A DNA stretch of 64,000 nucleotides, taken from the NCBI GenBank assembly GCA_046563655.1, contig JAJCTO010000015.1, forward strand, positions 124,001-188,000, read 5' to 3'. The notes beneath the pieces are model-generated. The model did no database searches. It was not told where the DNA came from and worked only from the letters and a program-made list of their open reading frames with translations. This stretch comes from Yuukianura sp. NJ FZ-2021. Its lineage: Eukaryota. Below, piece by piece: positions 38,341 through 50,700 of this stretch. The translations under genes and the position numbers were made by a program. Within the stretch, counting starts at the first letter, position 1; each line of letters begins with the position of its first letter.

Positions 38341-38483
38341 CTTTGTTTTAAAACTTGAATTTTCATAAATAAAGGTAACAAGATGAGGCACGAGACAGCA
38401 AGTGAAAGTGGGTTCCTGTAGCACTTTTTATGAGGATTTCAAAAATGTAATTTACTTTCTGTTCATTCTCACATTTGCATGTT
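38341..38483. repeat. Satellite A fragment joined directly to satellite B
   Basis: ...CACCTGGATT|T|CTTTGTTTTAAAACTTG..., followed by the end of a short unit and the start of a long unit. Confidence 0.9.
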
Positions 38484-39254
38484 TAATGGCGCATGTCAAC
38501 CCCCGGAATTAAGTATTTGTTTTGCAGAAAAATGGCACAAAATGGACGACCAATCATTTCAAATACTTTAGAAGTATTTGTGTTAGTTCGAATCTGCTCT
38601 TATAACCATCCTCCTTTTTAGAATCAGTGTTTGCAGGGTCATTTTGGCGAAAATACAAAGCACACTGAGCCTGAGATTTCTTGAATTCCTTGTTGTAACT
38701 CAAAAGATTATCCAAATACGCTCGATAGGCGTATTGATTAGACGCTCGGGTTATCAATAGTTCGTTCAATTAAATCGACACTTGGTAGAACATGGAGTGT
38801 ATGGTTTTGTTGATTGTAGTAATCGAATCGGTTGCAGCAAAATTTGTTCCATCCGCCTTTACAACCTTGGCTTTGCTGTACAATTGAGTTTCTGCCAAAT
38901 CAATCTATTGGGAGTCGTTGCTTTTGCAGAAAGAACTCAATCGGTGAGTTTTGATCAGATGCGACTCTGTTCTTTATCCTGGATTAATTTCTCTCATATA
39001 TATATATATATCCAGATAAATCTTGTCCTTATCTTATAAGTTTTAATATTAATAATTAATAAATATTAAGAATCTTTATATATTAATATAAAATATAATA
39101 TTTTATATCTTATATAAGATATCTTATATAAGATTATTATCTCTAGTCATGACAGCCGAATATCATGCTTGTACTCGTTGTTGGTTACATTTGACCTCTA
39201 ACTGCTACTGTGTTTTACTTAAGAACACACTAGTTGTCGCACCTTTGTGTTTAT
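38484..39254 (-). pseudogene. Polinton/Maverick major capsid fragment plus AT-rich palindrome segment, copy 2
   Basis: Same insert as 16547-17316. Carries two additional W-to-stop changes and reads LIPGVDMR in frame. The 28-bp palindrome is at 39107-39134. Confidence 0.85.
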
Positions 39255-42200
39255 GCAGTGCGGTTCATCCAGACTTTTAAATACACTCTAACCAGATTTA
39301 ATGGCGATCTATCCACGCCAATCAAACTTGGGTTCCTGAAGTACTTTTCAGGAGGATTTCAGAAAAGTAACTCATTTTCACACGGCATCTCTCCGAGTGG
39401 AGGTTCTTGAAACAAATTTTCATAAAGAAAAGTAACGAGATGAGGGACGACACGGCAAGTGAAAGTGGGTTCCTGTAGCACTTTTTATGAGGATCTCAAA
39501 AATGTAGTTGACTTTTACCTAGCATCGTTCCGGAATGCATTTCTTTTGAATTCTTTGTTTTGAAACTTGAATTTTCATAAATAAAGGTAACAAGATGAGG
39601 CACGAGACAGCAAGTGAAAGTGGTTCCTGTAACACTTTTTATGAGGATTTCAAAAATGTAATTTACTTTCTGTTCATTCTCACATTTGCATGTTCATTCT
39701 CTCAAATTTATGTCGTTTTCACACAATGGTGCTCGGCATTGCTCAATGTGCCGTTTACCAACCCAAGATAAACTCCGAGGCAGTGCGGTTCATCCAGACT
39801 TTTAAGTTCACGCTAACCAGATTTAATAGCGATCTATCCACGCCAATCAAACTTGGGTTCCTGAATTACTTTTCACGAGGATTTCAGAAAAGCAACTCAT
39901 TTTCACCCGGCATCGCTCCGAGTGGATGTTCTTGAAACAAATTTTCATAAAGAAAAGTAACGAGATGAGGGACGACACGGCAAGTGAAAGTGGGTTCCTG
40001 TAGCACTTTTTATGAGGATTTCAAAAATGTAATTTACTTTCTGTTCATTCTCGCATTTGCATGTTCATTCTCTCAAATTTATGTCGTTTTCACACAATGG
40101 TGCTCGGCATTGCTCAATGTGCCGTTTACCAACCCAAGATAAACTCCGAGGCAGTGCGGTTCATCCAGACTTTTAAGTACACTCTAACCAGATTTAATGG
40201 CGATCTATCCACGCCAATCAAACTTGGGTTCCTGAAGTACTTTTCAGGAGGATTTCAGAAAAGTAACTCATTTTCACACGGCATCTCTCCGAGTGGAGGT
40301 TCTTGAAACAAATTTTCATAAAGAAAAGTAACGAGATGAGGAGGACACGGCAAGTGAAAGTGGGTTCCTGTAGCACTTTTTATGAGGATCTCAAAAATGT
40401 AGTTGACTTTTACCTAGCATCGTTCCGGAATGCATTTCTTTTGAATTCTTTGTTTTAAAACTTGAATTTTCATAAATAAAGGTAACAAGATGAGGCACGA
40501 GACAGCAAGTGAAAGTGGGTTCCTGTAGCACTTTTTATGAGGATTTCAAAAATGTAATTTACTTTCTGTTCATTCTCACATTTGCATGTTCATTCTCTCA
40601 AATTTATGTCGTTTTCACACAATGGTGCTCGGCATTGCTCAATGTGCCGTTTACCAACCCAAGATAAACTCCGAGGCAGTGCGGTTCATCCAGACTTTTA
40701 TGCTCACTCTAACCAGATTTAATAGCGATCTATCCACGCCAATCAAACTTGGGTTCCTGAAGTACTTTTCACGAGGATTTCAGAAAAGCAACTCATTTTC
40801 ACCCGGCATCGCTCCGAGTGGATGTTCTTGAAACAAATTTTCATAAAGAAAAGTAACGAGATGAAGGACGACACGGCAAGTGAAAGTGGGTTCCTGTAGC
40901 ACTTTTTATGAGGATTTCAAAAATGTAATTTACTTTCTGTTCATTCTCGCATTTGCATGTTCATTCTCTCAAATTTATGTCGTTTTCACACAATGGTGCT
41001 CGGCATTGCTCAATGTGCCGTTTACCAACCCAAGATAAACTCCGAGGCAGTGCGGTTCATCCAGACTTTTAAGTACACTCTAACCAGATTTAATGGCGAT
41101 CTATCCACGCCAATCAAACTTGGGTTCCTGAAGTACTTTTCAGGAGGATTTCAGAAAAGCAACTCATTTTCACACGGCATCGCTCCGAGTGGATGTTCTT
41201 GAAACAAATTTTCATAAAGAAAAGTAACGAGATGAGGGACTACACAGCAAGTGAAAGTGGGCTCCTGTAGCACTTTTTATGAGGATTTCAAAGATGTAGT
41301 TGACTTTTACCTAGCATCGTTCCTGAATGCATTTCTTTTGAATTCTTTGTTTTGAAACTTGAATTTTCATAAATAAAGGTAACAAGATGAGGCACGAGAC
41401 AGCAAGTGAAAGTGGTTCCTGTAACACTTTTTATGAGGATTTCAAAAATGTAATTTACTTTCTGTTCATTCTCACATTTGCATGTTCATTCTCTTAAATT
41501 TATGTCGTTTTCACACAATGGTGCTCGGCATTGCTCAATGTGCCGTTTACCAACCCAAGATAAACTCCGAGGCAGTGCGGTTCATCCAGACTTTTAAGTT
41601 CACGCTAACCAGATTTAATAGCGATCTATCCACGCCAATCAAACTTGGGTTCCTGAATTACTTTTCACGAGGATTTCAGAAAAGGAACTCATTTTCACCC
41701 GGCATCGCTCCGAGTGGATGTTCTTGAAACAAATTTTCATAAAGAAAAGTAACGAGATGAGGGACGACACGGCAAGTGAAAGTGGGTTCCTGTAGCACTT
41801 TTTATGAGGATTTCAAAAATGTAATTTACTTTCTGTTCATTCTCGCATTTGCATGTTCATTCTCTCAAATTTATGTCGTTTTCACACAATGGTGCTCGGC
41901 ATTGCTCAATGTGCCGTTTACCAACCCAAGATAAACTCCGAGGCAGTGCGGTTCATCCAGACTTTTATGTTCACTCTAACCAGATTTAATAGCGATCTAT
42001 CCACGCCAATCAAACTTGGGTTCCTGAAGTACTTTTCACGAGGATTTCAGAAAAGCAACTCATTTTCACCCGGCATCGCTCCGAGTGGATGTTCTTGAAA
42101 CAAATTTTCATAAAGAAAAGTAACGAGATGAGGGACGACACAGCAAGTGAAAGTGGGTTCCTGTAGCACTTTTTATGAGGATCTCAAAAACGTAGTTGAC

Positions 42201-42921
42201 TTTTACCTAGCATCGTTCCAGAATGCATTTCTTTTGAATTCTTTGTTTTGAAACTTGAATTTTCATAAATAAAGGTAACAAGATGAGGCACGAGACAGCA
42301 AGTGAAAGTGGGTTCCTGTAGCACTTTTTATGAGGATTTCAAAAATGTAATTTAATATCTGTTCATTCTCACATTTGCATGTTCATTCTCTCAAATTTAT
42401 GTCGTTTTCACACAACGGTGCTCGGTATTGCTCAATGTGCCGTTTACCAACCCAAGATAAACTCCGAGGCAGTGCGGTTCATCCAGACTTTTATGTTCAC
42501 TCTAACCAGATTTAATAGCGATCTATCCACGCCAATCAAACTTGGGTTCCTGAAGTACTTTTCACGAGGATTTCAGAAAAGCAACTCATTTTCACCCGGC
42601 ATCGCTCCGAGTGGATGTTCTTGAAACAAATTTTCATAAAGAAAAGTAACGAGATGAGGGACGACACGGCAAGTGAAAGTGGGTTCCTGTAGCACTTTTT
42701 ATGAGGATTTCAAAAATGTAATTTACTTTCTGTTCATTCTCACATTTGCATGTTCATTCTCTCAAATTTATGTCGTTTTCGACAAAATGGTGCTCGGCAT
42801 TGCTCAATGTGCCGTTTACCAACCCAAGATAAACTCCGAGGCAGTGCGGTTCATCCAGACTTTTAAGTACACTCTAACCAGATTTAATGGCGATCTATCC
42901 ACGCCAATCAAACTTGGGTTC
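39255..42921. repeat. Satellite A array 3 (copy of array 2)
   Basis: Same unit order and rare variants (MLT, ILLN/KRN, HTT in the ORF track) as 17317-20998. Confidence 0.97.
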
Positions 42922-44430
42922 TCGAGGTCAATTCGAGGTAGGGAGGAGTTTCTCGAGGATTGGTGAACAGGTGGTTCCTTCTTCTTCTTTGGAACTGGAG
43001 GTCCTTGAGGGACCTCCTCTTGAAATGACCCTAAAGCCAAACCAACACCTGATGGACACTGAAACTTACGATGCCCAAAACCATTACACTTGAAGCACTG
43101 AACATCACTTAAATCTTGCCTAGAGGTCTGACCTTGACCTCTGCCTTGACCACCACCACGGTCATTGTCATTTGAAGAACCACGATTACCACGGTAACCG
43201 CCCTTCCCACGATGATTCATGTTGAGGCTGCACTGAATTCTTGTCATAATTGGATTTTGCACTTTGACCTTGTGACTGGTCATTGGGTTGAGATGAGGAA
43301 TGTCCACTGTTCGAACTTCCATTACTTCCACTAGTCGGGGATTGATCACTGGAATAAATCTTGTAGCCATTTCCCTTGCCTTTCCAGTTTCCACGGAAGC
43401 CATTATTTTTGGCTTCCTTCCCACGAAACCAATTATTCCCATTGGAAGTTCCAGCAGAACTTCCAGCATTTGAATTTGAGGAATTATCATCTTTCTTGAC
43501 TGACTCTGACTTTGAGTCGACCTTGACAATTGGAGGTAATCCGAACTTGTTTTTTGTGATTCCGTCTTCTGCCGTTAAATTCGACATGCATCAAAAAGTG
43601 ATTCCACTGTGTCAAACTGTTGAGTTCCAAGGGCTGTGCGAATCCTCGGATTCAAGCCTAATTTAGCACGTAGCACTGCATCAGCCACTGACTCATGTGG
43701 ATAAATTATTCTGGAGCACCGAACCACATCATACAAATAAAATTCAACAGACTCGTTGAACTGTTGTCTTCTTGTGTGCAGAAGCCTCGTTCGTTCTGCA
43801 ATGTCCATCCAATTATCATATCTGCTGATAAATGCGTCTTTGAATGAATCCCAGTCTGTCACTGTCACTAGGATGTGGTCGAGCCATGGTTGAGGTTCTA
43901 CTGGCAAGACCGTTTTCACAAGATAAAGAAACTGCCTTTGCTCATGTCCTTGAGCAGTGAAGTAACGCTCTACTTCATTTAGGTAGCCTAGCCTGACATC
44001 TTCTTAGGATCAAAACTCGGCACAGGCAATTTAGATGATAATGATGTGAACTTGATGCTTTTCAATGCTGTTATCAATGCTTGGGTCTGACCAACTGGTT
44101 CTGCCTCCGCAGGGCAGACGTCACCGCAGCGACTTCACCGGTCACCCGCTGAACTAATCTCTGCTCCACGCCGCGCACGGCATGGGCCACGGCCTCGGCC
44201 ACTAACTTATCCACTTCATCCTTGGTGTATGTCGCCATGGTTACAGATGAACCTGGGGCACTAACGATGATTTTAGGTGATGTAACTGGAGTCGGAATCT
44301 TACTGTCTTGACTTCGGAGAAACGGTGCTTCCGAATCTGACGTAGGGCTAAGCTCTGGTAGCTTAAATGTCAATGTAGGATCAATTTCCAAATTTTTTAA
44401 TTCTTTACTTACAGGTTTTCTGTCTGACAT
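42922..44430 (-). pseudogene. Gag-A, copy 2
   Basis: Same three frameshifts as copy 1, plus a 1-bp G-run deletion near 44112. Confidence 0.9.
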
Positions 44431-44671
44431 GGAGTGGATCCAGTGGAAGTTGTTTCGGCAACTTCCTCCTTCTATGTACAAGATTAAGAGATGATCCACT
44501 TCTGAATTATGGCCACTTTCCTTTTGACCAAAGGTAACGTCCACTCACGAACAATTACATGATGTCTTGATCCCACTTGACACAGAATAAAAGTTTTTAC
44601 CACTCACCATGTGTTGTTACGCCATTGTGACCTTTGACATCAGCAGTAACACTCACAAAACGGTCGCCATG

Positions 44672-45007
44672 TGTAGCACCTCGTGCTACGTAAAACTGCC
44701 AAAGATGGCCTCCAGACTATCGATCCGAGCACTGCCGGACTCATGCAACGAAACTGAGGACCAAAAGGGACACCAAATGAAACAACACGAAGACACGACG
44801 ACAATAAATATAAAATATATTTATTGTACACTATGATACAAAACTTCAGCTCATGCTGAATCGAACACCAAAAACCGACTGACTAGCACAACTAGTCTCT
44901 CTCTCCTCTACCACGCTAACTCTGAAACCGAATCTCGCGCTAAGCGCTAACCAATCTCAACTAAATGCTAAGACTAAACACTAACCTAACACTACTCTAG
45001 GGCCACA
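44672..45007 (-). repeat. LTR-A, copy 2
   Basis: TGTAGC...GCCACA on the + strand, near-identical to 22750-23085. Confidence 0.8.
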
Positions 45008-45811
45008 CCCTAACCTCAAGGGGCAAATGACCCTAACCTAAACGGGGGGAACACGGGGCACTTCAACTGAACTTCACAAATCAACATTTTATCCAATATT
45101 TTCAAATAATCACACTTCCACACACTTTTTAAATCTTCATTTTTTGAATTTTGAGGGAATACGACCCTTTTTACATAGAATAGCAATGCAGCATTATTTA
45201 CTTCAAATTCTGAAGCTAGAGTAACGCTGCACTTCAGCATCGTGGCCGGGCAAACGTTCTCTGGAGCGATGTCGGAAGATTGAGGCCTCGTTCCCGCACA
45301 TCTCTCTTTTTAGTCTCCTCCATTTCCATTTCTCATAAAATTTTTCGCAACACTTTTCACTTCACATTCCACTTCCTTGATCCTCGGAAGTTGGAGATAC
45401 AGTACCGCCAGTGCACTTAGCCGAATACTGTCTCCGGGAGAGCCCTGGTCGCAACCATAATCTTCATCGTCTGACGTCACTGTAGTCCACGAAAACGCGT
45501 CCGCTTCCATGTACAGCCAGCCAGTCAGAAGCACTCTCCATATCTTCATTTCCGGATTCATCAACTTCCTTTTCATCATCACTACCACCACTTCCAACCA
45601 ACAGACTATGTACAAATGATTGGAGCCGCTAAAACGCGACTCCCAAGGCACTAACACAAAAACAATATTTACAAACACTTCCATTGTTATGAGTGATTCA
45701 GAACACTCAACACGAAAAACAGCCAAAAAATTTAACTTATAACTTGAAGTACCGACAAGTTGAAATTCGTCCAAAAACTGAATTATAATTTGAGAAATGA
45801 TGGACGAAACG

Positions 45812-47070
45812 TCATTCCCCACTTTTAGAATCTTCTGAATCTTCTTCTTCCTCTCCATATTCGCCGTAATCTTCCACGACTTCCTCTGAAATATCCACTT
45901 GAAAGGATCCAAGAGCAAAATTCATTGGCGCAGGACACTGAAACTGCTTGTGGCCACGCCCGCTACATCGCCAGCAATAAATTTCATCTGCATTTCGATA
46001 CTGATCGCGTCTGGAGCCATTAAAATGACTCCTGTTCTCATCTGGAGACACATCCACTTCACTCTGACCTCCACTAGCACTAATTTCTAAGTCATCTCCT
46101 TGAGCTTCATCATCATATGTAACTTCGTCTGCAGTTCCAGAATGATTGGAGCCAACATCATTGACTCCTGTCCCACATGGTTCTTGTTCACCGTCACTCT
46201 CCTCCTTTTCACTATCACTTTTTTCATTTTTACAACCATTTTCTTCTTCCTCACCATCACTTTCACTATTTACATCCACATTTACCTTCACAATTGGAGG
46301 TAACTGATTTTTGAATTTGTACAGATCGTCCTCTGCACATAAGTTGGCATGAGCAACCCTGCATGCCACAAATAAATCATCAACTGTAGAATAACTGGTT
46401 GTTCCTAAGGCTGTACGTAGCCTAGGATAAAGAGCCAGCCTTGCCCGTAGCACTGAAGCCGCTTCTGACTCATTTGGGTGCACTAACTTGGCACTCCGAA
46501 CCATTTCATAAATGAATTGTTCCACTGGTTCCTCCAATTTCTGTAATCTGGTGTGCAGTAGTCTGGTCCTCTCAGCAACATCAATCCAATTATCATAACG
46601 ATTGATGAACTGCATTTTGAATTCACTCCACTGTGTCACTGTACCAAGCACATGCTCCAACCACGGTTGTGATTCACTTGGTAAAACTGTTTTAATTAAG
46701 TAAAGAAACTGCTCTGTCGAATGACCTTGTGCAGTAAAATACCGTTCCACTTCCACTAAATATCCAGCAGCACTCATTTTCTTCATATCAAATTTGGGAA
46801 CTGGTAATTTTGAACTCAAAGACGTGAACTTCACATTTTTCAGGGCCGTAATCAGCGCCTCTGTTTGGCCACGTGGTGTGATTGGAGCCCCCGCAGCGAC
46901 TCCGACGGAACTCGATGCAACTATTTTTCCTCCACGCCTCGCAAGGCTTTAGCTACCGCAGCAGCCACTATTCCATCAACTTCTTCTTTGGTGTATGTAG
47001 CGATAACCGAATCACTCACTTTTGCCGGCACTGCACTACTTGGGATGGGAGATGCACTGGGGATAGACAT
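45812..47070 (-). pseudogene. Gag-B, copy 2, with a single homopolymer frameshift (T5 vs T6) near 46925 that may be a sequencing error
   Basis: ORF 45812-46834 plus the upstream frame reproduce the 419-aa protein. Confidence 0.8.
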
Positions 47071-47396
47071 TTATCCCAACAAAAAAAAATTCCTCCGCGT
47101 CGGCAACTAGATCCTCCTCTAGAACCGATACTGATGCTAAATGAACAATTTTTAACTGTACACTTCACTGGTTGTCTTAATTTTGGTCATATGTGACCTT
47201 TGACACGATTGGAGCCCACTAGTGGACTCCTAAACTGAAATGAGAGCCGTGAAATCGACTCTGTACACTTTTAACGATGCTCAACCGCAGCTGATGCATG
47301 AAATTTCACTATTTTTTCAAAATTTTTGGGTCAAACGCATTTGACCTTTTGTGACCTCACTGACCTTTGGTAGTTGTGACGCGAACGGTCGCCATG

Positions 47397-47751
47397 TGTA
47401 GCGTCCTCGCACCGCTACTCCAATAAATATGGCCGCAGCCACGCCCTCAGACTCTCATCATTGATCAGCAGACCCACACAACTCCCAAAAGACCAGAAAA
47501 CTCACCGAAACTCAAAACCACATCTGTGGTTAAATATATATCAAATATATTTAATAAACTGATGAAATAATCGATGAAACAAATAAAACTAAATAATCAT
47601 GGCTGATCTCAAATCTCCACTCTGTCGTAACACAAAAATCAGACTGATCTCTCCTATATACAAAAACCTATCCTCGCTCGCTCCTCGCCTCACTTCAAAT
47701 CTCCCGCGAGCCACATCCTCATCTCATCTTACCCCTACTCTAGTCGCTACA
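47397..47751 (-). repeat. LTR-B, copy 2
   Basis: TGTAGCG...CGCTACA termini. Confidence 0.85.
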
Positions 47752-47777
47752 CTACACTAACGGATGAGCAGGCGTCT

Positions 47778-50700
47778 CACATTCAATGATATCGGTCAAT
47801 AAATACCATTATCAGTCACGTCCTGTACATGCTGTTTGTATTGAGGCGTATACATTGACGTACCTAAGCAATTTTTTTGAGTGAAACCCACACAGTCTAC
47901 CGGTGGCGTGCGTATCTTCACCTGGATTCTAATCTCTCTGCAACTTTGCTCGTGAAAAAGAACAGTTGTTTGATTCAAAACTTTGTTCATAAAGGTATAT
48001 TCTTACGATCAGGGTCTAATTTAGCCTTTGAAGGAATTTCTTGGAATAAGAAGTACACTACAAGTTTTCCTAGGAATTCTGAGCCGTGACAGGCGCTATG
48101 TACAAAAGACGAATATAGTTGTTAGGTCTCAAAACCACCGGTAGCAAAGCGAATTACGAAGGCAAATACAGTCCATTGCACACTTTCACTCAATGATATC
48201 GGTCACCAAAAACCATCAGCAGTCACGTCCTTTATATGCTGTTTGTATTGAGGCGTATACATTGAAGTTCCTAAGCAATTTTTTTGAGTGAAACCCACAC
48301 AGTCTACCGGTGGCAAGCGTATCTTCACCTGGATTCTAATCTGTCTGCAACTTTGCTCGTGAAAGAGAACCATTGTTTGATTCAAAACTTTGTTCATAAA
48401 GGTATATTCTTACGATCAGGGTCTAATTTAGCCTATGAAGGAATTTCTTGGGAATAAGAAGTACACTTCAAGTTTTCCTAGGAATTCTGAGCCGTGACAG
48501 GCGCTATGTACAAAAGACGAATATAGTTGTTAGGTTTCGACACCACCGGTAGCAAAGCGGATTTCGAAAGCAAATACAGTCCGTTGCACACTTTCACTCA
48601 ATGATATCGCCCACCAAAAACCATTAGCAGTCACGTCCTGTACATGCTGTTTGTATTGAGGCGTATACATTGACGTTCCTAAGCAATTTTTTTGAGTGAA
48701 ACCCATACAGTCTACCGGTGGCAAGCGTATCTTCACCTGGATTCTAATCTGTCTGTAACTTTGCTCGTGAAAGAGAACCACTGTTTGATTCAAAACTTTG
48801 ATCATAAAGTTTTATTCTTACGATCAGGGTCTAATTTAGCCTTTGAAGGAATTTCTTGGAATGGGAAGTACACTTCAAGTTTTCCTCGGAATTCTCAGCC
48901 GTGACAGGCGACATGAACAAAAGACGAATAAAGTTGTTAGGTCTCGACACCACCGGTAGCAAAGCGGATTTGGAAAGCAAATACTGTCCGTTGCACACTT
49001 TCACTCAATGATATCGCTCACCAAAAACCATTAGCAGTCACGTCCTGTACATGCTGTTTGTATTGTGGCGTATAAATTGACGTTCCTAAGCAATTTTTTT
49101 GAGTGAAACCCACACAGTCTACCGGTGGCAAGCGTATCTTCACCTGGATTCTAATCTGTCTGTAACTTTGCTCGTGAAAAAGAACAGTTGTTTGATTCAA
49201 AACTTTGTTCATAAGTCTAACAGTGTTATTCTTACCATCAGGTTCTAATTTAGCTTTGAAGGAATTTCTTGGAATGGGAAGAACACTTCAAGTTTTCCTA
49301 GGAATTCTTAGCCGTGACAGGCGCTATGTACAAAAGACGAATAAAGTTGTTAGGTCTCGACACCACCGGTAGCAAAGCGGATTTGGAAAGCAAATACTGT
49401 CCGTTGCACACTTTCACTCAATGATATCGGTCACCAAAAACCATTAGCAGTCACGTCCTGTACATGCTGTTTGTATTGAGGCGTATACATTGACGTTCCT
49501 AAGCAATTTTTTTGAGTGAAACCCATACAGTCTACCGGTGGCAAGCGTATCTTCACCTGGATTCTAATCTGTCTGTAACTTTGCTCGTGAAAAAGAACAG
49601 TTGTTTGATTCAAAACTTTGTTCATAAGTCTAACAGTGTTATTCTTACCATCAGGTTCTAATTTAGCTTTGAAGGAATTTCTTGGAATGGGAAGAACACT
49701 TCAAGTTTTCCTAGGAATTCTTAGCCGTGACACGCGACATGAACAAAAGACGAATATAGTTGTTAGGTCTCAACACCACCGGTAGCAAAGCGGATTACGA
49801 AGGCAAATACAGTCCATTGCACACTTTCACTCAATGATATCGGTCACCAAAAACCATTAGCAGTCACGTCCTGTACATGCTGTTTGTATTGAGGCGTATA
49901 CATTGACGTTCCTAAGCAATTTTTTTGAGTGAAACCCATACAGTCTACCGGTGGCAAGCGTATCTTCACCTGGATTCTAATCTGTCTGTAACTTTGCTCG
50001 TGAAAAAGAACAGTTGCTTTGATTCAAAACTTTGTTCATAAGTCTAACAGTTTTATTCTTACCATCAGGTTCTAATTTAGCCTTTGAAGGAATTTCTTGG
50101 AATGGGAAGTACACTTCAAGTTTTCCTCGGAATTCTCAGCCGTGACAGGCGACATGAACAAAAGACGAATAAAGTTGTTAGGTCTCGACACCACCGGTAG
50201 CAAAGCGGATTACGAAGGCAAATACAGTCCATTGCACACTTTCACTCAATGATATCGGTCACCAAAAACCATTAGCAGTCACGTCCTGTACATGCTGTTT
50301 GTATTGAGGCGTATACATTGACGTTCCTAAGCAATTTTTTTGAGTGAAACCCATACAGTCTACCGGTGGCAAGCGTATCTTCACCTGGATTCTAATCTGT
50401 CTGTAACTTTGCTCGTGAAAAAGAACAGTTGTTTGATTCAAAACTTTGTTCATAAGTCTAACAGTGTTATTCTTACCATCAGGTTCTAATTTAGCTTTGA
50501 AGGAATTTCTTGGAATGGGAAGAACACTTCAAGTTTTCCTAGGAATTCTTAGCCGTGACACGCGACATGAACAAAAGACGAATATAGTTGTTAGGTCTCA
50601 ACACCACCGGTAGCAAAGCGGATTACGAAGGCAAATACAGTCCATTGCACACTTTCACTCAATGATATCGGTCACCAAAAACCATTAGCAGTCACGTCCT

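Larger units (their letters stand above)
42922..47751 (-). mobile_element. Ty3/gypsy-like LTR-gag-LTR-gag island, copy 2
   Basis: Near-identical to 20999-25824. PBS copies are at 44660-44669 and 47385-47394. Confidence 0.85.
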
